This document shows, in pieces, positions 9,293-16,684 of a stretch of 36,416 bases of DNA. This DNA comes from a candidate division WOR-3 bacterium (GTDB lineage Bacteria; Hydrothermota; Tepidihabitantia; Tepidihabitantales; Tepidihabitantaceae), in contig JBDRUH010000007.1 in NCBI GenBank assembly GCA_039801225.1, forward strand, positions 1 to 36,416, given 5' to 3'. The stretch's first letter is position 1. Each line of letters opens with the position of its first letter. Position numbers and translations under genes: made by a program. The notes beneath the pieces were generated by a model. It did not search any database. It was not told the DNA's origin and saw only the letters and a list, made by a program, of their open reading frames with translations.

Positions 9293-10033
9293 TCATCGGG
9301 AAAACATCACCAGGGCAACCAGAAAATCAAAGACTAAAATTAAAACCGCTGATAAGACCACCGCTTTGGTTGTTGCCCTTCCCACCTCCTGCGCCCCCTC
9401 TTTCACTTTAAACCCGAAATAACAGCCGCTGGTCCCGATTAAAAGTCCGAAAATCACCGCCTTTATGACTCCGCCGATAAAATCCCGCACCTGGACAAAG
9501 TGGGTCAATCCATAAATGAAGGTGTCTTTGGGCACGCCCAAAATACCCGAGACCACTAAGGCGGTCCAACTGGCAAGAACCTCCATTACCACTACCAGAA
9601 TCGGCAGGCTTATCGTTGTGGCTAAGATTCGGGGCAGGAAGAGGAAACGGTAGGGGCATATCGCCATTACCTCTAAGGCATCAATCTGCTCCGAGATGCG
9701 CATCGCGCCAATCTCCGCCGCCATCGCCGAAGCGGAACGACTGGCAACAATAAATGCCGCAAACACCGGTCCTAACTCAATCAAAAGCATCCGTCCCACC
9801 CCCATACCGATAAAATACTTTGGCACTATCCCCGATAATTGATAACTGGTCTGAACCGCCGTGGTCAAACCGACGAACACACTGGCGAGAAAGACAATCG
9901 GCAACGCCGCCGCACCGTTATGATAGAGTTGCTCAACCACCCTGGGTCCGGTTCGTGGCCAATCCCAGGGCATTGCCAGACTCCGCCACAAAAAATAGAC
10001 AAAATCTAACGGCGCGGTCAAAGATATCACCAC
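9293..10033 (-). CDS. mlaE: MlaE-type ABC permease (start may be GTG 10030)
   Basis: ELGPV, AEIGAMRISEQIDALEVM, PRILA and VGRATTKAVV motifs. Confidence 0.92.
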   Translation of the reverse strand: MVISLTAPLDFVYFLWRSLAMPWDWPRTGPRVVEQLYHNGAAALPIVFLASVFVGLTTAVQTSYQLSGIVPKYFIGMGVGRMLLIELGPVFAAFIVASRSASAMAAEIGAMRISEQIDALEVMAICPYRFLFLPRILATTISLPILVVVMEVLASWTALVVSGILGVPKDTFIYGLTHFVQVRDFIGGVIKAVIFGLLIGTSGCYFGFKVKEGAQEVGRATTKAVVLSAVLILVFDFLVALVMFSR

Positions 10034-10036
10034 TCT

Positions 10037-10064
10037 ATCTTATCCACCACCTTGACCCTGTCAA
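10037..10064 (-). promoter_or_regulatory. sigma70 promoter of the mla operon, probably leaderless
   Basis: Minus strand TTGACA-N16-TAAGAT, then 6 nt to GTG 10030; no SD. Confidence 0.55.
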
Positions 10065-10149
10065 TCAATCTCGGGAATATCTCCCATCAAAAAATGGTTG
10101 AGGTAAAGGTATTGTTGTAAGGCAAATCTGTAGCGTAAGCCTTTAGTTT

Positions 10150-10177
10150 TTGACTCTCACAATACCTGGGGTAAAAT
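10150..10177 (+). promoter_or_regulatory. sigma70 promoter
   Basis: TTGACT 10150-10155, N16, TAAAAT 10172-10177. Confidence 0.5.
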
Positions 10178-10241
10178 TAAGGAGTGCGGATATTTCAACC
10201 ATTTGAGGCTTTTATCTCAATTAAAATCTTAGGAGGTTTTA

Positions 10242-11786
10242 ATGATTAAAAGAATCCTTTTTTGTTTGTCTTTCTTATCAGCGACGGTGTTCGCGGGGAA
10301 ACCGCCTATTATCTACTGGGATTTAGAAGAGCGACCAGAAGAGCCACCCTTTCCGGTTCTTTCTTTGAGAGTCAAAGCCCTGGGTGAGGAGTTCTTAGGA
10401 ATTGTTGCCGATTTGAGAAGCGATATCCTCTTAAACCCATCGCTTATTCCTTTGTTAGAAGAGAATGAAGTGGCTATTACCTTTTTGCCCAATATGCCCG
10501 GTCTCTATTACCGGCAAAATCTAATCGCCTCCTCGGTCTTTCTCCCGAAATTATTTATTCGCCAACTGGGTTTTGGGGCTCACAATCAATTCACTTCTTT
10601 TAGTTACGGTTACCAGTCCTTTTATTACGATTATTACTTAAGAGACGAAGACTTCAGCTCTTTTCAGCAGTCGCTTTTTTTACCCTGGTCTCTTTCCCCT
10701 TTATTAAAACTCGCCCTCTCTTACACATTTACCAGAAGTCCCCTTGAAATAGAGGGCGGATATGAGAGTGAAAATTACGAAATAGAAAATAAAGATACCG
10801 TTAATATCAGGAGGTATACCTACGGTTCGCAACTTGCGGACATCCTCTCTTCTCATCAATTTGGTTTGGGAACGACCTTTAACTTTTCCACCCACCTTTT
10901 ACAGTTGACATTCTCTTATAAAAAAGGGAAAAACGAAATTGACTATCACCAAAATAGCGAGGATTACCTCCTCCATACCGATTCTTCTTTCTATACTTAT
11001 GACAGTTCTTATCACTATCTCTTTTGGAGAAGGGTGGATTACCTAACCACCGGCGGTGAAGTTGATGATTCCAAAGAGGGTAATGAGATAAAATTCACCG
11101 GTCGCTTTAGTAAAGCGGTTGAGGGCGAGAAGCGTTTTAACGCCCTCTTGAACCTGGCTAAATCATCGGCAAATTTAAAGGGAAGGGAAAGAGACTCCTC
11201 TTACAATTTCCACAAGGATTCTGTTTATGAGCGGTGGCAGAACTATCCCAATCCTGAGTCAACTGATATTGACACCCGCACCTTAACCGAATATTTCACC
11301 AAGAACCTCAACATCAGCGGCAGGACAGAAAAGATAACCGGGGTTTTCGGTTTGGGTTATGAGTATCCGATTAACAAATCTCTTAAGGGTTTTTGGGGTT
11401 TAAAAACGGTTTGGGCAATGGAAAAGGATAGTGTTCAAAAAGAGGGTTTAGAAATCTTCACTGATAGTCTGACCGATTCCAATCTCGTTTCCAACTATCA
11501 AGTGAATAATATTAATACCCTCACAATGGCTATCCCGTTGGGATTGGAATATAAAATCTCCTCTCTGATATTGAGAGGCGGAATTACCCCGAAGTTTACT
11601 TATCAGAAGAGTATATTTAAAGACGAGCGCAAGACCTATCCGGATTTAGCCAGTTATGTCCTTGATATAGCATATTCCTGGGGAATCACTTGGCGGGTTT
11701 TAGAGAGGCTCTCCTTTGATGCCTACAACTCGGGGAATCTCTTCACTTTAAAAGATTGGCTTATTCAGTTCTCTTATTGGTTCTAA
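10242..11786 (+). CDS. hypothetical outer-membrane beta-barrel protein
   Basis: AGGAGG SD, signal peptide ending VFA, alternating aromatic strands, C-terminal IQFSYWF. Confidence 0.65.
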   Translation: MIKRILFCLSFLSATVFAGKPPIIYWDLEERPEEPPFPVLSLRVKALGEEFLGIVADLRSDILLNPSLIPLLEENEVAITFLPNMPGLYYRQNLIASSVFLPKLFIRQLGFGAHNQFTSFSYGYQSFYYDYYLRDEDFSSFQQSLFLPWSLSPLLKLALSYTFTRSPLEIEGGYESENYEIENKDTVNIRRYTYGSQLADILSSHQFGLGTTFNFSTHLLQLTFSYKKGKNEIDYHQNSEDYLLHTDSSFYTYDSSYHYLFWRRVDYLTTGGEVDDSKEGNEIKFTGRFSKAVEGEKRFNALLNLAKSSANLKGRERDSSYNFHKDSVYERWQNYPNPESTDIDTRTLTEYFTKNLNISGRTEKITGVFGLGYEYPINKSLKGFWGLKTVWAMEKDSVQKEGLEIFTDSLTDSNLVSNYQVNNINTLTMAIPLGLEYKISSLILRGGITPKFTYQKSIFKDERKTYPDLASYVLDIAYSWGITWRVLERLSFDAYNSGNLFTLKDWLIQFSYWF

Positions 11787-12288
11787 ACACACTAAACGGT
11801 TGTAACTTTATTAAATGGGTTGCTTCGGGCTCTATCCCAAACTTCTGAGAAGGCTAAGTTTAGTTATATATAAACAAAATTCCGATGGCTAAAATTGAGT
11901 TAAGTTTCGTAATTAAATAACTTAATTAGAAGACCGGTTTATCTGGGGGGCTGTCCACTCCAGCACTAGGGTGGTAAAACCCTTTCCTGACTCGGTTTTG
12001 GACCTGTTGCTAAGTTTGATGTTAAAATCACAGTTAAATTGAAAGGTAAAATCAAATGGCGGGATGGCTGTAAAAATTGGTCTAAAAAAGTTTTCAGGAG
12101 TGGCTTTTAATTTAATCCTAAGTTAAAGCCCAAAAAGAAGGCTAAAAAGCGCCTGAAGATCTGATTTCAAAAAAGTCCTAAAAAGGAAGATTCAGCCGAT
12201 TTTAACAACCAAATTAAAATTAAAAGATATCAAATGAGTTTAAGAAACAAAGCAGACAAACAAGAAGGTCAAAGAAATCTGCGGCTAT

Positions 12289-12347
12289 GGGATTACTTCG
12301 TCGCTTTTGCTCATCGCCCAAAAACGGGCACGATTCTGTGCAATGAC
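12289..12347. repeat. REP-like palindromic element with an internal hairpin insertion
   Basis: GGGATTACTTCGTCGCTTTTGCTCATCGC...GCAATGAC resembles recalled GAGATTGCTTCG...CTCGCAATGAC intergenic repeats; inner gccc-aaaaac-gggc hairpin. Confidence 0.45.
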
Positions 12348-12371
12348 CATCATTAACAGCGGTAGTTTTTC

Positions 12372-12399
12372 TTGACTGAAATTGATTGGAATTTATGAT
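12372..12399 (+). promoter_or_regulatory. sigma70 promoter of the selenoprotein operon, probably leaderless
   Basis: TTGACT 12372-12377, N16, TATGAT 12394-12399, then 6 nt to ATG 12406. Confidence 0.55.
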
Positions 12400-12405
12400 T
12401 GAGCG

Positions 12406-13200
12406 ATGTTACGCAGGTTTATATTTTGGGGAATTTTCGCCGGGCTGGTCGCGCTTTGTTGTTCGGAAGCACCCCAGATTGTCCGTGAAGCAAACCGGCT
12501 GGTGCTGGTTGAACTTTTTTCTACACCCTTAGATGAATGACCTTACTGCGCGTCCGCGGCGCGGGCATTGGAGAGTTTGAAGGCGGTTTATGGCGATTCA
12601 ATGGCTTTTGTGATTTATTACTCAGGTGAAGCCCATCCCGAGCTTTCATCGCCGGCGGGCAAAGCCCGGAATGAGTGGTATGGCGTTGGTGTGGAGGCAC
12701 CGCTGGCTTTCTTCAATGGAACATTACGCTCACCGCATATTATGATTCCGGACTCATTTTATCCGGTTTATCGGGATATGATTGACGCCGCCCGGTCGCG
12801 GAAAACCTGCCTGGAGATGGCACTTGACAGCTCCAGCACAACCATTGACTCGGCAACACTGCGGCTTCTAGTCAGGCTCACGCCAACCGACTCGTTAATT
12901 GACACAATAACGAGCCTGAGGCTGGTGGCGATTGTATTTGAGGACAGCATCCCCTATTACTCTTCTTTCGTTGGCGACACCACTTATGCACCAATGGCGG
13001 TGCGTAAGGTAATCGGTGACAGTTTCGGCATCCCCGTAACTTTAAAATTTGGCCGGGATTTTGATACCCTGCTGACAACCGGCGTCAGTGGTTATAATGT
13101 TAACCGGCTCGGGGTTGCTGTTTCGGTTCAGGATTTTGTCACCAAGGAGGTGTGGCAAAGTGTGGTTAAATGGCGAATTAAAAGAGAGGAGGCAAGATGA
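12406..13200 (+). CDS. putative selenoprotein: exported Omp28-like/thioredoxin-fold protein with UPYC motif (Sec45, 264 aa)
   Basis: MLRRFIFWGIFAGLVALCCSEAPQIVREANRLVLVELFSTPLDE-TGA(12538-12540)-PYCASAARALESLK continues in frame into ORF 12568-13200. VLVELFS...xxC is a thioredoxin-fold active site. Signal peptide present; hairpin after the TGA. Confidence 0.82.
12552..12566 (+). promoter_or_regulatory. candidate bacterial SECIS element 1
   Basis: GUCCG-CGGCG-CGGGC stem-loop; loop starts 17 nt after the UGA with G in position 2. An alternative pairing CGCGUC/GGCGCG is also possible. Confidence 0.5.
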
Positions 13201-13748
13201 AGAGACTCTTTTTCATTATTATAGCCTTGATGTTGGTTTTGAGTGCCGTGAGCGCTGAGGAGAAAGAGGAGCCCAAGTATGAAAAGGCACCGGACTTTAC
13301 TCTATCGGACATTGAAGGCAATGAAGTAACCCTGTCAGAACTGTTGAAAGTGGGACCGGTATATATGGAGTGCTGGGATTTGTCCTGTGTCAACTGTATT
13401 AACGAACTGGATGCCCTTTTACCGGTTTATGACTCGCTGAAGGAAAGAGGTTTACAGATTATCGCCCTTTCGGTGGATAAGCCTTCGGATGCGGCGCGAG
13501 TGAAGGCTTTTGTTAAAGCAAAGAAGTGGCCATATATTGTTCTCTTGGACCAACAGCAAAAGGTGAAGAAGGCGTATAACATCATTATCAAACCTACCGC
13601 GGTGTTGGTTAATATGAAAGGTGAGATTGTCTATACCCATATCGGGTATAAGAAGGGCGATGAGAAAAAGATTGCTCTTGAGATGAGCAAGTGGCTGCCC
13701 GAGGAGGAAGATGAGCCAACCGGCGAGGAGGGTGAGAAACAGAAATGA
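13197..13748 (+). CDS. exported TlpA/ResA-like thiol-disulfide oxidoreductase
   Basis: Signal peptide, APDFTLSDIEG, WDLSCVNC (CxxC), IIALSVD, PTAVLVNMKGEIVY; ATGA overlap with the upstream gene. Confidence 0.88.
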   Translation: MKRLFFIIIALMLVLSAVSAEEKEEPKYEKAPDFTLSDIEGNEVTLSELLKVGPVYMECWDLSCVNCINELDALLPVYDSLKERGLQIIALSVDKPSDAARVKAFVKAKKWPYIVLLDQQQKVKKAYNIIIKPTAVLVNMKGEIVYTHIGYKKGDEKKIALEMSKWLPEEEDEPTGEEGEKQK

Positions 13749-13755
13749 GGTACCT

Positions 13756-15207
13756 TTGACTTTTCTCCTTCTTGCTACGCTATTTGGCACCAATTTTACC
13801 ATTCAAGGGAGTAACCGGGCAGAGTTCTGGGGTTATCAGGAGGAGTGGGCAACAAGCGTTGAAAATAAACTGGATTTGACCGCCCGTTACGGCGACTTTG
13901 AAGGTGAGTTCGGGCTACTTTTTTTTGAACCCTCAAAGCACTCACCGGCGGTGCGCAAACCAATCCGGCTTTTGGACTATTCAGTTGGCTATAACCCCAA
14001 GGAACTTGAACTCCGGGTGGGTAGGTTTTTTGCTACATTCGGTCAGGGGCTATCGCTACGCACCTATTCGGATGACGACTTTCGCCATTACAAGAGCCTG
14101 CACGGACTTTTGGGCAGGTTTCGGCTGCCGTTACGCAGTGAAATAACCCTCTTGGGTGGTAGGCTGCGAGATATATTTTTCCAGGAGAATACCTATAAAA
14201 TAATGAACGAACTGGACACTGCCGACCAGGTTTTGGGCGTAGACCTGACCACCCAGCCAATGAGATTTTTGAACTTTGGCGGTAGATATGTTCGGATTAA
14301 TCGGGAGGCGGACCCGAGTGCCAAGGCGTTTACCGAACTTTTTGGTGGCGGTGCCGGTCTAAATTTTGGACCAGCAGCAATTTCCGGCGAGTTATGCTGG
14401 CGTCTCGGAACAAAACCCGGTATTGGCGGTAGGGAAAAAGGTATTGGTGGCGTGGCAAATGTCAGCCTGACCCTTGCCGGTTTTTCCATCATCGGTCAGT
14501 ATGTTGATTACACCCGGCTCGGCTTTCCTCCTGAAGTTTATCACTACAATGACCCGCCTACTCCTATTAAGTCTGGTGTGGCGATAAATCGCGGGGTTGA
14601 CGAAAGAGGTTTTGGCATTCAGGTCTCCGGAATGCCGACCGGTAGCCTTTATCTTGAGGCGGAGTTAGGTAGACTGTTTGTCCATGATGATACCAGCGCT
14701 GGGGTTTTAGAGGGGGAGTTTAAGGGCAAATATACCTTAAGCAGCAACTTGACTGTTGAGACAAAGTTCAATTCTATGCTACAGAAAAATATTGAGTCAG
14801 GAACCTATCGCCGGATAACCAACCGCCCTGCTCTTTTGTTTAATTATTCACTTGACAACCACACCTTTGCCTTTGAGGCGGAACTGGGCTGGGTGGAGGA
14901 GCGTCCAACCGACACCAGTAAGGGGGCGGTATGGCGATATCACGAACCGAACATCTCTTTCAGTTACGGCTACAGTGAGAAATGGTTTTGGACAGTCTCT
15001 TGGCAGGGGGTTGATAAGGATTCATTGAAAAGGTATGACAATCAGAAATCCTGGCCAATGTTTGAAACGGTCTGGAACATAAATGAGCGGAATGTTTTGC
15101 GAGTCCGGGTGGGCGCGGAAAAGGGGGGCTATACCTGTTCGGGCGGGGTGTGCCGTTACGAGGCTCCCTTTCGGGGTGTAAAGTTGCAGTTAATCAGCCG
15201 AATATAA
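13756..15207 (+). CDS. outer-membrane beta-barrel with C-terminal CxGGVC motif (DUF6029-like)
   Basis: ELRVGRFFATFGQGLSLR and C-terminal GGYTCSGGVCRYEAPFRG; probable start TTG 13756 after GAGG. Confidence 0.7.
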   Translation: MTFLLLATLFGTNFTIQGSNRAEFWGYQEEWATSVENKLDLTARYGDFEGEFGLLFFEPSKHSPAVRKPIRLLDYSVGYNPKELELRVGRFFATFGQGLSLRTYSDDDFRHYKSLHGLLGRFRLPLRSEITLLGGRLRDIFFQENTYKIMNELDTADQVLGVDLTTQPMRFLNFGGRYVRINREADPSAKAFTELFGGGAGLNFGPAAISGELCWRLGTKPGIGGREKGIGGVANVSLTLAGFSIIGQYVDYTRLGFPPEVYHYNDPPTPIKSGVAINRGVDERGFGIQVSGMPTGSLYLEAELGRLFVHDDTSAGVLEGEFKGKYTLSSNLTVETKFNSMLQKNIESGTYRRITNRPALLFNYSLDNHTFAFEAELGWVEERPTDTSKGAVWRYHEPNISFSYGYSEKWFWTVSWQGVDKDSLKRYDNQKSWPMFETVWNINERNVLRVRVGAEKGGYTCSGGVCRYEAPFRGVKLQLISRI

Positions 15208-15210
15208 GTG

Positions 15211-15345
15211 ATGCGTAAGGTATTAGTTATTTTACTGGTGCTCTTGGGCGTGGTAGCGATTGCGTTCGGGATAAAATTGGGAATGCTATTGGTGATTCGT
15301 GGGTTTGCCGGACAGATATGACTATCCTGTATGGGTCTCGTGTAG
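15211..15345 (+). CDS. putative small membrane selenoprotein with ULSC motif (Sec37, 44 aa; CD1871A-like CxxC peptide)
   Basis: MRKVLVILLVLLGVVAIAFGIKLGMLLVIRGFAGQI-TGA(15319-15321)-LSCMGLV-TAG. Fills the gap between the OM barrel and the 4Fe-4S gene and matches the recalled I-C-L-x-C-I/M-G pattern. Confidence 0.8.
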
Positions 15346-15350
15346 ACCAT
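15331..15350 (+). promoter_or_regulatory. candidate bacterial SECIS element 2
   Basis: AUGGGUCU-CGUGU-AGACCAU, 7 bp with one bulged G; loop starts 18 nt after the UGA with G in position 2. Confidence 0.6.
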
Positions 15351-15355
15351 TAAAA

Positions 15356-16642
15356 ATGCCGAAAAGAAGAGTTGCCCCTTATCGCATCGGTCAGATAATT
15401 GGGACGGTCGTTCTCAACGCCTATATCCTTGCCTATATTCAAGGCAAAATTATCTACTCCGGGTTTCTGAAGAGCATCCCGGAGCCGGTTCTTAACTGTT
15501 ATGGTGGTCCGCTATCGGTCTTTGCCTGCCCGCTTGGCTCATTTCAGCAGATTTTTGGTCAGCAGGGGCTGGCATTTTATTTAAGAATACCATGGGTAAT
15601 CATCGGTCTTGTGGTGATTATCGGTGCGTTCGTCGGCAGGACCCCTTGTGCCTGGGTCTGTCCTTTTGGACTATGGCAGGATTTGCTTTACAAAATAAAG
15701 GTTGGTCCCCAGGCAAAGGGCAAGCGCTGGCTCACCTTTTCGGTTATCGGGCTAATCGGTTTGGTGGTGGTAGCGCTCTTAGTGGTTTTTGTCAAAGTCA
15801 ACCTCTTTAAAGCACTTCTCTTCGGCTGGCTACCGTTTATCGTCCTCTGTCTTTTTGGGGCGCTCAAAGGGAAAATGAATTTACCCGGACGCTGGTTTTT
15901 AAGCGGGACGCTGGTCGGAATCGGATTAGGACTGTTTGTGGGGTGGAAGCACGACATTAACCTCGGCATAGCCAGCGGAGTTGTAGCGTTGACTTTGTTT
16001 AGCCTTGCCAGCAGTAAAGTAACACTTCTACTTGCAGTTCCCACTGGTTTTGTAATATCACTTTTCGGTAGAGGCGTGCAACTTGGACCCTTTGCCGGTG
16101 CTGAACTGGGAATGCTTTTTGCCATTTTTGCTTTCCTGGTGGTAATGGTGTTTGACCAGTGGCTGAAAATCTCTTTGCCGGCAACCGGCTTGAAATATCT
16201 CTTTCTGCTCTTGGTGGCGGGTTTAGTCGCATTCTTTACCGGTGAACCTTGGTTCTGTAAACTTTGCCCCCAGGGCACATTAGAGGCGGGAATTCCTTTA
16301 GTTCTCTGGGACCCGGTCCAGGGTCTGCGGGCACTTGTCTCCTGGCTTTTTTATCTCAAAGTAGGAATTCTCCTTTTTGTCATCTGGGCGGCAATGCTTA
16401 TTAAACGACCCTTCTGTCGGATAGTCTGCCCGATTGGTGCAGTATACTCAATCTTTAACCGGGTCAGCCTTTTACGGCTGAAACTGAACCGGGAAAGTTG
16501 CACCCGATGCCAGGTCTGTCGCCGGGTTTGTCCGACCGATATTGAGCCTTATGAAGAACCAAACCAGACCGACTGTATCCGCTGTTTTGAGTGTGTCTGG
16601 AAATGCCCCCGTTCCAGTTTGAAAATAACGCTTGGCGGATAG
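15356..16642 (+). CDS. polytopic membrane 4Fe-4S binding protein (NapH/MauN/RdxA-like)
   Basis: FACPLG, GRTPCAWVCPFG, WFCKLCPQG, RPFCRIVCPIG and two ferredoxin motifs (CTRCQVCRRVCP, CIRCFECVWKCP); start moved to ATG 15356. Confidence 0.88.
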   Translation: MPKRRVAPYRIGQIIGTVVLNAYILAYIQGKIIYSGFLKSIPEPVLNCYGGPLSVFACPLGSFQQIFGQQGLAFYLRIPWVIIGLVVIIGAFVGRTPCAWVCPFGLWQDLLYKIKVGPQAKGKRWLTFSVIGLIGLVVVALLVVFVKVNLFKALLFGWLPFIVLCLFGALKGKMNLPGRWFLSGTLVGIGLGLFVGWKHDINLGIASGVVALTLFSLASSKVTLLLAVPTGFVISLFGRGVQLGPFAGAELGMLFAIFAFLVVMVFDQWLKISLPATGLKYLFLLLVAGLVAFFTGEPWFCKLCPQGTLEAGIPLVLWDPVQGLRALVSWLFYLKVGILLFVIWAAMLIKRPFCRIVCPIGAVYSIFNRVSLLRLKLNRESCTRCQVCRRVCPTDIEPYEEPNQTDCIRCFECVWKCPRSSLKITLGG

Positions 16643-16684
16643 TTAAGCATAGGTTGAGGTTGAGATTTTTAAAGGGGATTTATA

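Noticed and set aside
12406..12567. Pseudogene interpretation (nonsense mutation)
   Set aside because: Two independent nonsense mutations, both at redox-motif Cys positions and both followed by hairpins, are much less parsimonious than Sec. It cannot be formally excluded without the sel genes, which are not in this window.
12538..15321. Genome-wide TGA recoding (Trp or Gly) as the explanation for the in-frame TGAs
   Set aside because: TGA ends many intact genes here (1402, 2358, 13200, 13748, mlaF, dfx, rbr, accD), several with stop/start overlaps, and both read-through TGAs fall exactly at CxxC first positions
15299..15355. ORF-track N-terminal extension of the 4Fe-4S protein
   Set aside because: It overlaps the small Sec peptide gene in another frame; ATG 15356 is the more plausible start
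15688..16278. 196-aa antisense ORF and the other shadow ORFs inside long genes
   Set aside because: They lie opposite or within well-supported genes and show no independent motifs
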